The notes: generated from the sequence alone by a model not told the origin. DNA of 62,515 nt, filler included, from an uncultured bacterium (GCA_964543655.1; 4 parts of 4 records of this genome joined end to end with filler, not necessarily neighbours in it), one strand, 5' to 3'. Positions 28,434-38,431 are shown, counted from the first letter of the whole stretch. Translations and numbers: made by a program.

Positions 28434-28848
28434 AGTTGCATGTGTGGGAATAATAAAAAATAATAACTCTATATTGATTACCAGACGTGCAATATCACCA
28501 TTTTACAACCAATACGTTATGCCAGGTGGTAAGCTTGACCAGGGAGAATCTGTATATGAATGTGTTGTTAGAGAAGTAAAGGAAGAAGTTGGACTTACAG
28601 TTACAGAAGCTGAAATTTTTGATATATTTGAAGTTTTTTTTGCTGACATTCAATACCTGATTATATATTTTGAAACAAAAGTGGAAAATTATAATTTAAA
28701 AATTAATAAAAATGAGATAAATGAATACTGCTGGGTAAATGAAGGAAATTATCTAAACTACAACATTACAGAGGGTACAAAGTTTATACTTGATAAAATT
28801 TTTAACAAAATTCCAAAAAATGCAAAAGGGAGAAAATATTTTGAGTAA
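28426..28848 (+). CDS. NUDIX hydrolase
   Basis: Nudix box [25 protein letters not shown]. Confidence 0.9.
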   Translation: MIKVACVGIIKNNNSILITRRAISPFYNQYVMPGGKLDQGESVYECVVREVKEEVGLTVTEAEIFDIFEVFFADIQYLIIYFETKVENYNLKINKNEINEYCWVNEGNYLNYNITEGTKFILDKIFNKIPKNAKGRKYFE

Positions 28849-30052
28849 AAGGGAAATGATAGCAATTATAGACAAATATGTGCCACTCTTTTTTCCCAAT
28901 CTTAGTGATATAAATATTTTAATCTCTCAGATTCCCTGCAGATTAAAGAGAAAAGATTTTTTATATAAAAATGAAGATCCTAATGTAAAATGGGAAATGC
29001 TGAAAAATATTTTTGAAAAATATGATGACACTACGTGCAAAATCTCAAACAGCAACTATATTATATTTCCAGAAGATAGCATCCCTTCTCAATACATTGA
29101 AAAATTAATAAATCTTTTAAACCAAAAATTAAAAAAAAACAGCGTGGTAATATTTGGAAGTGACCATATTAACTTTGAACAATTTTATCGATACCTTGAA
29201 AAATATAAAGAATTTAATGAAGAAGCCTTTAAAATTGTAGAAAATGATATAAATGATATTCCTTCAGATAAGCCTGTTAACCTTGAATTTATTATTATAA
29301 AGGATAACAACAATTTTTTGAATGTTTTTTTACAAGCCAAAACTCATCCTTTTTTTGGTGAAGAATCTCTTGATATTAATATGGATCTTTACAGGAGCAA
29401 ATATTTTTACCTTTTTTCATCTACAATGGTACCTTTTAATTTTATGTCTCTAATATGCTTTGATTATGTATATAGGGACAATTATTGGTCAAATATTTAT
29501 TCAATTGTAAAAAAAGCCAATCAGCTCTACTTCACCAAACGCCAGGAACTTGATTTGCTTATTGTAATTGAATGCAATCCCAAGCCGGAGCACAAAGTTT
29601 TTAAAGATACATTAACTGGATTTTATGGTGAGCATCTATTTAAAACTCCAGGCACACGTGATACAATATCAATTTTTGTAAACTCATCTGAAGACTCTAC
29701 AATAGAAAGCCTGGAAAAAGAGGAGTGTAACTTTGGATATAGCCATATTGTGCTTTCAGAAACTTATAAAATTCCCCCTCTTAAATTATCAGAACTTACA
29801 GTTGATGATTTTGATGGTGCACCAGTTAGTAGAATAAGGTTTAATCCTCACACAAGATTATATCATGTTACATTAAATTTTTTAAGAGACAAAGATCCAA
29901 GAAGTTCAAGAGTGCCCGTGAAAATAAATGGTGTATATAAATATTTTGATAAAAAATGGCAAAAAATGAGCAGCAAAGAATTATTAGGAGGTGAAAAGTC
30001 CATCTACAATGTAAGTCCCGAGGAGCAACACGTTGAGAAGCCGAATTCTTAG
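28841..30052 (+). CDS. Conserved hypothetical protein, possible carbon-nitrogen hydrolase (nitrilase) fold
   Basis: IIFPEDSIP, QAKTHP and LICFDY could supply an E-K-C triad. Likely TTG start at 28841, overlapping the NUDIX stop. Confidence 0.55.
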   Translation: MSKREMIAIIDKYVPLFFPNLSDINILISQIPCRLKRKDFLYKNEDPNVKWEMLKNIFEKYDDTTCKISNSNYIIFPEDSIPSQYIEKLINLLNQKLKKNSVVIFGSDHINFEQFYRYLEKYKEFNEEAFKIVENDINDIPSDKPVNLEFIIIKDNNNFLNVFLQAKTHPFFGEESLDINMDLYRSKYFYLFSSTMVPFNFMSLICFDYVYRDNYWSNIYSIVKKANQLYFTKRQELDLLIVIECNPKPEHKVFKDTLTGFYGEHLFKTPGTRDTISIFVNSSEDSTIESLEKEECNFGYSHIVLSETYKIPPLKLSELTVDDFDGAPVSRIRFNPHTRLYHVTLNFLRDKDPRSSRVPVKINGVYKYFDKKWQKMSSKELLGGEKSIYNVSPEEQHVEKPNS

Positions 30053-30509
30053 AATCAGTATTTCAATTATAATTTTAGTTATTATAGATCAGGCATCAAA
30101 ATATTTTGTAAAAACAAATTTTTATTCATTTACTTCAATTACTGTTATAAAAAATTTTTTTAATTTAATTTATGTTAAAAATAGAGGAGTCGCTTTTGGC
30201 TTGCTTTCCACACTCCCTCAATTCTGGAAAAAAGTCTTTCTAATCTGGTTACCATGTTTTGCTTGTGCTGCATTAATTATTTATATATTTTTTTCCAAAA
30301 AAATTTCCAAACTTTCATTAATTGGCTATACTTTAATTATTTCAGGTGCTATTGGGAATCTTTTAGACAGGACACTTTATGGATATGTTGTTGATTTTTT
30401 TGATATTTATTATAAAAGCTTTCATTGGCCAGCATTTAATTTTGCTGATTCATACATTACTATTGGCATAATTGTAATATTTATTGAAATTTTCATTCAT
30501 AAAAAATGA
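30033..30509 (+). CDS. lspA: Lipoprotein signal peptidase II
   Basis: DQASK, NRGVAFG, GAIGNLLDR, VVDF, FNFADS. Confidence 0.95.
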   Translation: MRSRILRISISIIILVIIDQASKYFVKTNFYSFTSITVIKNFFNLIYVKNRGVAFGLLSTLPQFWKKVFLIWLPCFACAALIIYIFFSKKISKLSLIGYTLIISGAIGNLLDRTLYGYVVDFFDIYYKSFHWPAFNFADSYITIGIIVIFIEIFIHKK

Positions 30510-30516
30510 GGTTGTA

Positions 30517-31290
30517 ATGCATCCAATTCTTTTTAAATTTTTTGGCATAGAAATACATACTTACGGCTTTTTTGTTGCTCTTGGTTTTATGACAGCACTT
30601 TTTGTTTCACAAAAGCTTGCAGAAAAAGAGGGGCTTTCTAAAAATCTTGTGGTTGATTATGCTTTTTATATGCTCATCTTTGCTATTATAGGAGCACGTT
30701 TCTTTTATGTTATTATTGAGTATAAATTTTATATTAAACATCCTTTTGAAATATTAAAAATATGGGAAGGTGGCCTTGTTTATTATGGAGGATTTATATT
30801 TGCAGTTTTAAGTCTTTTTATCTATCATTATACAAAAAATAGAAATACCCCTATTCTTAAAATAACTGATATTTTTGCAACAGCATTACCACTTGGTCAG
30901 GCTATTGGAAGACTTGGTTGTTTATCAGCTGGTTGTTGTTATGGTAAGCCATGCAATCTGCCTTGGGCAATCAAATTTACCAATCCTGAAAGCCTTGCAC
31001 CATTGAATGTTTATTTACATCCAACAGAGCTTTACCATGCAATTTCTGATTTTTTAATATTTATAATTTTAATCTTTATTTTCAAAAAGAAAAAGGAATT
31101 TAATGGAGAAACAACCTGTTTATATGGAATCCTTTACTCAGTAGGTAGATTTATAGTAGAAATTTTTAGAGGAGATCCTCGAGGACATATAGGAATTTTT
31201 TCAACATCTCAATTTATAAGTATTATTGTTTTCGCTATTTCATTTTTTTTCTATTTCTTTTTAAAAAAATCAAACAGAAATTATTATTGA
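30517..31290 (+). CDS. lgt: Prolipoprotein diacylglyceryl transferase
   Basis: MHPILF start; IGARFFYV, WEGGLVYYGG, GRLGC, HPTELY, RFIVEIFRGD. Confidence 0.95.
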   Translation: MHPILFKFFGIEIHTYGFFVALGFMTALFVSQKLAEKEGLSKNLVVDYAFYMLIFAIIGARFFYVIIEYKFYIKHPFEILKIWEGGLVYYGGFIFAVLSLFIYHYTKNRNTPILKITDIFATALPLGQAIGRLGCLSAGCCYGKPCNLPWAIKFTNPESLAPLNVYLHPTELYHAISDFLIFIILIFIFKKKKEFNGETTCLYGILYSVGRFIVEIFRGDPRGHIGIFSTSQFISIIVFAISFFFYFFLKKSNRNYY

Positions 31291-31303
31291 AAAAAAGAGG
31301 AAT

Positions 31304-31540
31304 TTGGTTTATTTAAAAATTTGTGATAATGGTGCTGGAATAAAAGAGGAGAATTTGTCAAAAATTTTCAATATCTCTTTTTCTACAAAAAGAGATTATG
31401 TTGGAGCTCAAAAAGGCTCAGGTATAGGGCTTGCAACAGCCAAACATATTGTAGAATCGTGTAATGGTAAAATTGAAGTAAAAAGCCAATTAAATATTGG
31501 CACCACTTTCACATTAATTTTTCCACTTATAGAGGAGTAA
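31304..31540 (+). pseudogene. Orphan C-terminal HATPase_c fragment of a histidine kinase
   Basis: Only the G1/F/G2 boxes (DNGAGI, FSTK, GSGIGL, GTTF) are present. No H or N box; an in-frame TAA lies at 31262. Confidence 0.65.
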
Positions 31541-31541
31541 A

Positions 31542-32156
31542 ATGCTTCAACATGCTATAACTGTATTTTTAGGGTTTTTTGCAATTATGAATCCTATTGC
31601 AAATACCCCTGTTTTTGTTGGTTTAACTGAGGGAGAAAGCCACACTTCACAGAAAAAAATAGCATTCAAATCTTTATTAATCTCCTTTTGTATAGTATTT
31701 GCTTTTACAGTTGCTGGTAAAGCTATATTCAACCTTTTTGGTATAACTTTAACTGCATTAAAATTAACAGGTGGCATCCTTGTATTTATAATAGGTTATC
31801 AGATGTTACATGGTGAAGCATCTAAAATGCATAAACATCAGCAGAGTAGTGATATTGATATAGCTGTATCACCTCTTGCTGTTCCTATTCTTGCAGGCCC
31901 AGGTACAATTGCTACAGCCATGAATTACTCATCACATGAAGGATGGTTAGGTATTTTTCTTACAATAATTATGTTTGGAATATTGTGCATTATCACTTTT
32001 ATATGCTTCATTTTTGGTCAAAAAATGATAAAATTCATAGGTGAAAGTGGAATGAAAATAATTACAAGATTAATGGGGCTTATATTAGCTGTTATTGGAG
32101 CCCAGATGTTAATGGAAGGTATCATCAATATTCTCAAAATATCAAAAATTTCTTGA
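31542..32156 (+). CDS. MarC-family membrane protein
   Basis: MNPIAN, PLAVPILAGPGTI, RLMGLILAVIG. Confidence 0.9.
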   Translation: MLQHAITVFLGFFAIMNPIANTPVFVGLTEGESHTSQKKIAFKSLLISFCIVFAFTVAGKAIFNLFGITLTALKLTGGILVFIIGYQMLHGEASKMHKHQQSSDIDIAVSPLAVPILAGPGTIATAMNYSSHEGWLGIFLTIIMFGILCIITFICFIFGQKMIKFIGESGMKIITRLMGLILAVIGAQMLMEGIINILKISKIS

Positions 32157-32226
32157 TTTCAAATATTCAAAAAATCTATTATAGAAATTCTGTTTGACAA
32201 ATTATATAACATTGTGCTAATAAATA

Positions 32227-32236
32227 TTGTATACAA
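32227..32236. promoter_or_regulatory. Palindrome TTGTATACAA, GntR/FadR-type operator candidate
   Basis: Perfect palindrome between a TTGACA -35 element and the TAXI operon start. The same motif occurs at 38418-38431. Confidence 0.5.
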
Positions 32237-32267
32237 AATTTTTCCAAAAAATTCAAAGGAGGGAGAA

Positions 32268-33269
32268 ATGAAAAGGATTTTTACAGCATTACTTCTTGCA
32301 TTTTTTATTTTTGCAGGTTTTAGCACAAGTTATGCAAAAAGAGTTAGAATCATCTTTACCACAGGTGGTATTGGAGGAGTTTATCTCTACTATGGAACTC
32401 AGGTAGCTGCTATAATAACACAAAACACTCCTTATCAAGCTACAGCTATCCAAACAGCAGCTTCTATTGATAATAATTTACTTGTTAGAGACAAAACCAA
32501 CCCTAAAAAGAATTTATACTTCTGTGCTCTATCTTTACCTGACTCAGCTTATGTTGCATACAAAGGAATTCATCCAAAGTTTAAAAATAAACCAGCACCT
32601 ACAAGAATTTTATGGTTAATGTATCCTAATTATTTACAAATTGTAACAACAGAAGATTCTGGAATTAAAACAGTAAAAGATCTCGCAGGAAAAAGAGTTT
32701 CCACAGGTGCACCTGGCTCTGGAACAGAGTTTACAGCAAATCTTGTTTTAAAAGCAGCAGGAGTTAACCCAAACTCATTTAAAAAATGGGAAAAGCTTGG
32801 CGCCAAAGAATCTGCTGAAGCTTTATCAAATGGAACAATTGATGCATATTTCTGGTCAGGTGGTATTCCAACAGGCTCTATTGTTGAGCTTGCTACAACA
32901 TTAAAAAGAAAAGGTAAAAAAATTGCTTTTGTAATGATTCCAAAAGATAGCAAAATAGTAAAATTCTTTGATGAAAAATTTCCAGGTCTTGCAGAGACAG
33001 GAGTTATTCCAGCATCAACTTATGGCTCTTCTAAGGATACTCCTACAATCAGATTCTGGAATAGGGTACTTGCACCAGCTTGCATGCCTAAAGAAATGGC
33101 TTACAAAATTGTAAAAGCTGTTTTTGAGCATATTGACCAATTACACAGAGCTATTAAACCTGCTAAGCTTACAACAGTAAAAAATACCGCTAAATTTATA
33201 GGCAAAACAACTATTCCTTTCCATCCTGGTGCAATTAAATATTTTAAAGAAGTTGGAGCAATTAAGTAA
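32268..33269 (+). CDS. TAXI-family TRAP solute-binding protein
   Basis: Signal peptide; TGGIGGVY, DLAGKRVSTGAPGSGTE, IPFHPGAIKYFKE. SD GAGGGAG before ATG 32268. Confidence 0.9.
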   Translation: MKRIFTALLLAFFIFAGFSTSYAKRVRIIFTTGGIGGVYLYYGTQVAAIITQNTPYQATAIQTAASIDNNLLVRDKTNPKKNLYFCALSLPDSAYVAYKGIHPKFKNKPAPTRILWLMYPNYLQIVTTEDSGIKTVKDLAGKRVSTGAPGSGTEFTANLVLKAAGVNPNSFKKWEKLGAKESAEALSNGTIDAYFWSGGIPTGSIVELATTLKRKGKKIAFVMIPKDSKIVKFFDEKFPGLAETGVIPASTYGSSKDTPTIRFWNRVLAPACMPKEMAYKIVKAVFEHIDQLHRAIKPAKLTTVKNTAKFIGKTTIPFHPGAIKYFKEVGAIK

Positions 33270-33274
33270 TAACA

Positions 33275-33706
33275 ATGAGTTATCCTATTAAAAAGAAAAA
33301 GGGGGTAATTATTACCCTCTTTTTTATTTTTTTGTTTTCATTTTTATTTATCTATGTAAGGCCAGTAAAAATTATTACAGATAAATATGAAAAAGTTATT
33401 CTTTTATGGGCATGGACAAAAGGAAGAGTTGAGTTTACCAATTCTGTTACTGGCGGGAAAGTGAAAATATTGTTTGATCTTTCTGATGAGTTTAATCATT
33501 TTCGTATGGATACAGATGAAAAAACGGAAAATTATTACACTTCAGGCACTTATGATATTAATAACCTTTTGAAAAAAGAGAAAGAAAGAGAGTTATTTTA
33601 TTGTTCCATTGTAGGGATTAAGGTTACTCTCGGAAGCTTCTCCACTGAAGTGAAAAATAGCTGCATAACATTGGAGGTATTATGGCCACCGAAAAAAATA
33701 TTTTAA
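33275..33706 (+). CDS. Small accessory protein of the TAXI-TRAP operon (DUF1850-like position)
   Basis: N-terminal TM helix, FTNSV motif; lies between the TAXI binding protein and the permease. Confidence 0.55.
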   Translation: MSYPIKKKKGVIITLFFIFLFSFLFIYVRPVKIITDKYEKVILLWAWTKGRVEFTNSVTGGKVKILFDLSDEFNHFRMDTDEKTENYYTSGTYDINNLLKKEKERELFYCSIVGIKVTLGSFSTEVKNSCITLEVLWPPKKIF

Positions 33707-35775
33707 AAAAAATTATTTTCTCAGTTTTATTAATAGCAACTTTATATCATATATATGTTGTTATTCATCCTTTTACACCTTTGTCAAACTATCATATATC
33801 AATATTTAATCTTACTCAAGTAAAGCGTGCCATACACGTATTTTTCCTCTTACTTGCAGGATACTTAATTATTTTTGACAAAGGTGAAAAAGAGCAAAAA
33901 ATTACCATTGGCGGCATTATTTTTTTCATCCTATCACTTGTTCCTTTATATGCTTTTTACAACCTTGACTTAGATATTCAATATAAAATTTATGCTACAA
34001 TTTTTTGGTGTGTTACTATTTTACCACTACTTTTTCCAAAAAAACTTCACTTTTGTCATTTAATAGCTGCTATTTTAATATTTTTACCTACTTTATATAT
34101 GATTATCAATTACAATTCATTGATATATAGAGCAATTAATCCAGAGCCATTTGACCTTGTAATGGCTTTTGGTGAAGTATACCTTGTACTTGCGCTGAGT
34201 TACAGGACTTCAGGTTCTGTTTTACCAATTCTTGTGCTCATATTTATCCTTTATAATGTTTATGGAGATGCAATACCTGGTACTTTTTCAGGACCTGGTT
34301 TTGATATTGATATGGTTTTAGGAAAGCTTTACTGTGAAACAGAAGCAGGCTTATTTGGTGTTATTACAGGTGTTTCTCTTAAATACCTTGTATATTTTAC
34401 AACTCTTGGAGCTGTTATTACTCAACTTGGCTTTGGTAGGGTTATTTCAAATATAGCTCTTGCAATGGTTGGGAAAAGCCCTGCTTCTCCAGGTAGGGTT
34501 TCAAGTATACTTGGTGTGTTTATGGGGCTTTTCTCTGGCTCAGGTGCAGCAGATACTCAATTTGTTGCAACTATTACCAGAGATTTATACACAAGAGCAA
34601 ATTACAACAAATTAATTGGTGCAGGAATAGTTGCTACTGTTGGTTCTATTGCCTATGTTACACCACCAATTATGGGTACAATCTCATTTATTATGGTGGA
34701 AATTTTATCAATTCCTTATACTCAGATTATCATTATGGCAATTGGACCAATGTTACTCTATCTTTTAGGTATATGGCTTTACAACGATTTCTATGTGCAT
34801 AGAGAACATTTAAAGCCAATTGAAGTTGCAAAACATGTTAACAAAAAATATGCTTTAAAAAATAGCTATGTTTTTATTCCGATCATTCTCATAATATTCT
34901 TTATTTATAGAGGTCTTGCTGTAAATATTTCTGTTGTTCTTGCTATTTTTTCATTTATTATTATAGCTTACCTTGCTAAAGAATTAAGACCTCCTGTAAA
35001 AAATATTTTCATAGGTTTTGCCAAAGGATTTGAAAGCCTTATTCATATTGGTGTTGCTGTTGTATGTGCTAATATTGTTATGACAATAATGGTTACTTCT
35101 GGGCTTGCATCAAAATTTTCTGAGTTTCTTACTGTTGTATCTCATGGGCACCTTCTTTTTGCTCTTTTATTTACAGCAGTTTTTAGTTTAATACTTGGTA
35201 TGGGTGTGCCACCAGTTGCTACTTATGTTCTTACATCTGCATTAACTGCCCCAGCTATTCAGAAACTTGCAATAGCTGCTGGGATTCCTGAGAACGCAGC
35301 TCTTTTAGCAACACATATGTTCCTATTTTATTATGCTGTACTTGCTGAAGTTACTCCACCAGTTGGTTTATCAGTGTATGCAGCATCATCAGTTTTTGGA
35401 ACAAACCCTATAGAAACAGGGATTTATTCAGCACTTGTTGCTCTTCCAAAGTATTTAATTGGCCTTTCATTTATCTGCTCATACTTTGGTACAGGGACTT
35501 TAATTATCCCTATTTTAGAAAATTATCATGGGCTATATGCTTTTGGAATAATTGCACTCAGGTTTTTACTCACTGTTATTGCCATCGTATTTCTCACAGC
35601 AGGCTCAACTGGATTTCTTAAAACAAATCTGAACAAATTAGAAAGAGCTATTATGTCAGTTTGCGGTGTATTACTTTTCTATCCTCATATATATTTTAAT
35701 TTGATAGTTATGATTCCTGGTGCTTTTGTATTTTTCAAAAAATTAACAGAAAAGAAAAAACTTCTTAATAGTTGA
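33682..35775 (+). CDS. TRAP fused 4TM/12TM permease (TAXI type)
   Basis: Many TM helices; TPPIMG, LILGMGVPPVATY, AEVTPPVGL. Confidence 0.9.
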   Translation: MATEKNILKKIIFSVLLIATLYHIYVVIHPFTPLSNYHISIFNLTQVKRAIHVFFLLLAGYLIIFDKGEKEQKITIGGIIFFILSLVPLYAFYNLDLDIQYKIYATIFWCVTILPLLFPKKLHFCHLIAAILIFLPTLYMIINYNSLIYRAINPEPFDLVMAFGEVYLVLALSYRTSGSVLPILVLIFILYNVYGDAIPGTFSGPGFDIDMVLGKLYCETEAGLFGVITGVSLKYLVYFTTLGAVITQLGFGRVISNIALAMVGKSPASPGRVSSILGVFMGLFSGSGAADTQFVATITRDLYTRANYNKLIGAGIVATVGSIAYVTPPIMGTISFIMVEILSIPYTQIIIMAIGPMLLYLLGIWLYNDFYVHREHLKPIEVAKHVNKKYALKNSYVFIPIILIIFFIYRGLAVNISVVLAIFSFIIIAYLAKELRPPVKNIFIGFAKGFESLIHIGVAVVCANIVMTIMVTSGLASKFSEFLTVVSHGHLLFALLFTAVFSLILGMGVPPVATYVLTSALTAPAIQKLAIAAGIPENAALLATHMFLFYYAVLAEVTPPVGLSVYAASSVFGTNPIETGIYSALVALPKYLIGLSFICSYFGTGTLIIPILENYHGLYAFGIIALRFLLTVIAIVFLTAGSTGFLKTNLNKLERAIMSVCGVLLFYPHIYFNLIVMIPGAFVFFKKLTEKKKLLNS

Positions 35776-35800
35776 TAATTAAATAAAGGGAGGTTTGTAT

Positions 35801-37354
35801 ATGCTTATACATGATTTTCTTATAAAGGCTAACAAGCTTTATCCAGAATATGAAGCTATTGTATGTGGAGATATTAGATTAAAATATAGAGAAGTATATA
35901 ATCGTGTTGTTAAACTTGCATCATACCTGCAATCTAAAGGAATTAAAAAGGGAGATGTTATTTCTATTATGCATTTTAATTGCCATTACTATTTTGAGGC
36001 ATATTATGCAGCTTCTCTATGCGGTGCAATTTTGAACTCTATAAATATCAGACTTTCCTCAAATGAGATAAAATATATTCTTGAAAATTCTACATCCAAA
36101 CTTTTAATTGCAAATCAAAGATATATAAAGCAACTAAAACCTATTAAAAATATTTTATCTCAAATTATATGGACATCTTCAGAAGACACAGATTTAGGCG
36201 GTGATTATATTGAAAACATTTTAAATGATAATTACCCTAACTTTACTCCAGTTGAAATCAAAGATACAGATATTGCACATCTTTACTATACAAGTGGCAC
36301 CACAGGTAAGCCAAAAGGTGTAATGCTTACTCATAAAAATGTTACAACTCATGCAATTTGTGCAATTGCTGAATTTAATATTACTGATAGGGATAATTGG
36401 CTTCATGCAGCGCCAATGTTTCACCTTGCTGATGCCTGGTCTACTTTTGCATTTACTGCTGTTGGAGCAAAACATACAATGGTTGCTGACTTTAAAGAAG
36501 AAAAGGTTCTTTCTTTAATTGAAAATGAAAAGGTTACAATTAGTAATATGATACCAACAATGCTCAATATGCTTATTAATTATCCTGAAATGGAAAATTT
36601 CAATTTATCAAGTCTGAGAGTAATTTTAAGTGGAGGAGCTCCAATAGCACCTGAGCTTGTCAGGGAAATTATTAAAAAATTTGGCTGTGATTATATACAA
36701 ACTTATGGTATGACAGAAACCAGCCCCTACCTTACAGTTTCAATATTAAAAAAACATTTAGAAACTCTTCCATATGAAGAGCAGCTTAACTTTAAAGCAA
36801 AAACAGGGAGAGAATTTCTTGGTGTATCCTTAAAAGTTGTAAACAATGAAGGAGAAGAAGTTGAAAAAAATGATAAAGAGGTTGGTGAAATTATAGTAAA
36901 AGGAGATATTGTAACACCAGGTTACTGGAAAAATGAAGAGGAAACAAAAAAGGCATTTACAGAGGATGGCTGGCTAAAAACTGGTGATTTGGCAACTGTT
37001 GATAAAGAAAATTATGTTAATATAGTTGATAGAAAAAAGGATATGATAGTAACTGGTGGTGAAAATGTTTACTCTACTGAGGTTGAGTATGTAATTTATG
37101 AACACCCTGCTGTTCTTGAAGTTGCAGTAATTGGTGTCCCTCATGAAAAATGGGGTGAGGCTGTTAAAGCAGTAGTCGTGCTGAAGCCTAACATGGAAGC
37201 AACTGAAGAAGATATTATAAAATTTGTAAAGAGCAAAATCGCATCATATAAAGCACCAAAATCTGTGGATTTTGTAGATTCTCTACCTAAAACAGGTTCT
37301 GGTAAAATTACCAAAATTCCTTTAAGAGAAAAATATTTGAAAAATTCAAAATAA
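35801..37354 (+). CDS. Long-chain/aryl acyl-CoA synthetase (AMP-binding)
   Basis: YTSGTTGKPKG, YGMTET, TGD, DRKKDMIVTGGENV, PKTGSGKI. Confidence 0.92.
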   Translation: MLIHDFLIKANKLYPEYEAIVCGDIRLKYREVYNRVVKLASYLQSKGIKKGDVISIMHFNCHYYFEAYYAASLCGAILNSINIRLSSNEIKYILENSTSKLLIANQRYIKQLKPIKNILSQIIWTSSEDTDLGGDYIENILNDNYPNFTPVEIKDTDIAHLYYTSGTTGKPKGVMLTHKNVTTHAICAIAEFNITDRDNWLHAAPMFHLADAWSTFAFTAVGAKHTMVADFKEEKVLSLIENEKVTISNMIPTMLNMLINYPEMENFNLSSLRVILSGGAPIAPELVREIIKKFGCDYIQTYGMTETSPYLTVSILKKHLETLPYEEQLNFKAKTGREFLGVSLKVVNNEGEEVEKNDKEVGEIIVKGDIVTPGYWKNEEETKKAFTEDGWLKTGDLATVDKENYVNIVDRKKDMIVTGGENVYSTEVEYVIYEHPAVLEVAVIGVPHEKWGEAVKAVVVLKPNMEATEEDIIKFVKSKIASYKAPKSVDFVDSLPKTGSGKITKIPLREKYLKNSK

Positions 37355-37363
37355 TTGGATAAA

Positions 37364-38077
37364 TTACTTTAAAACTTCTTCAAGATTTACAAATTTATAC
37401 CCTTTTTTCTTTAAATATAACAATGCTGGTTTAAAACCTTCAAAAGTATTTTTTTCTGGATGATTCATATGTGCAAGGATTATTGAGCCAGGTTTTGCAT
37501 GAATTACTTGACTGTAAATTTTTTTTACACTTGCAGTTGCCCCAAAATCACCATTTACAGTAAAACCAATAACTTTGTAACCAAGATTGTTTGCTATTTT
37601 TATTGCTTCAGTATCGTAATGTGCTGTACCTGCTCTAAAATATTTTGTTTTAATACCTGTAACTCTATAAATTTTATACTCTTCTTTCATTATTTCATCT
37701 ATAACTTCCTTTTTTGAACAGGTACCTTTTATTCCATAGGCAGATTTACAATTTATGGAAAGAGGTTTATGAGTAAGCCCATGATTTTCAATTTCAAAAA
37801 GAGGGTTTTTTGCTAATTTTTTTAACGTATCTGAATTTTTATCAATCCACCTACCGCTAATAAACAACGTTGCCTTGATTTTATTTTTTATTAAAAAATT
37901 AATAAGCTCTTTATCATACCTACCACTACAAGCATCAAAGGTAAGTGCAATTTCTTTTTTATGATGAGGATTAAATGAATTAATTGTTCCCTCTGGGTCA
38001 AGACCAAACTTTGCAAATAAAATTCCTGAAAAAATAAGAGGAAAGAGCATTGAAAATATCAAAATTTTTCTTTTCAT
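37364..38077 (-). CDS. Exported polysaccharide deacetylase (NodB/CE4)
   Basis: Signal peptide; ALTFDAC, IENHGLTH, IILAHM. Confidence 0.85.
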   Translation of the reverse strand: MKRKILIFSMLFPLIFSGILFAKFGLDPEGTINSFNPHHKKEIALTFDACSGRYDKELINFLIKNKIKATLFISGRWIDKNSDTLKKLAKNPLFEIENHGLTHKPLSINCKSAYGIKGTCSKKEVIDEIMKEEYKIYRVTGIKTKYFRAGTAHYDTEAIKIANNLGYKVIGFTVNGDFGATASVKKIYSQVIHAKPGSIILAHMNHPEKNTFEGFKPALLYLKKKGYKFVNLEEVLK

Positions 38078-38182
38078 AGATAACTCCTTTAAATTTTTCA
38101 TCTCAAATAAAAAATATAAAGTCAACTAAAATCTGTTGTTATGCAATTTTCTAATTGAAACAACATCTGCAATATACTTACC

Positions 38183-38219
38183 TTTCAACGTTGAACTATG
38201 CACGTTGAGCCGTGACCTT
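38183..38219 (-). repeat. Heptamer-periodic dispersed repeat, copy A
   Basis: Reverse complement AAGGTCACGGCTCAACGTGCATAGTTCAACGTTGAAA aligns by eye with 51581-51617. Confidence 0.55.
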
Positions 38220-38258
38220 GTATTAGCGATTGGCAATAAGAAACAAAAAACTAATGAT

Positions 38259-38355
38259 TAATACAAAATCAAATAAAAAATCCAACAGCATTTTTTCTAC
38301 AATTGCTTCTATTTACCACAAAAGCTGTTATTTTGAGGGCTTTAGCCTGAAAAAT
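38259..38355 (+). repeat. About 100-bp dispersed intergenic repeat (MITE/REP-like), copy 1
   Basis: Closely matches the reverse complement of 43275-43372, e.g. AAAATCCAACAGCA...TGCTTCTATTT...AAAAGCTGTyATTTTGAGGGC.TTAGCCyGAAAAAT. Confidence 0.8.
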
Positions 38356-38417
38356 CTTTTACTTTAAAGTTGCTTTTATATAAATCCAAACATCTTTCTA
38401 TTACTGCTATCTTTGTA

Positions 38418-38431
38418 TTTTGTATACAAAA
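38418..38431. promoter_or_regulatory. Palindrome TTTTGTATACAAAA, GntR/FadR-type operator candidate
   Basis: Perfect 14-bp palindrome upstream of the Fe-S oxidoreductase promoter. Confidence 0.5.
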
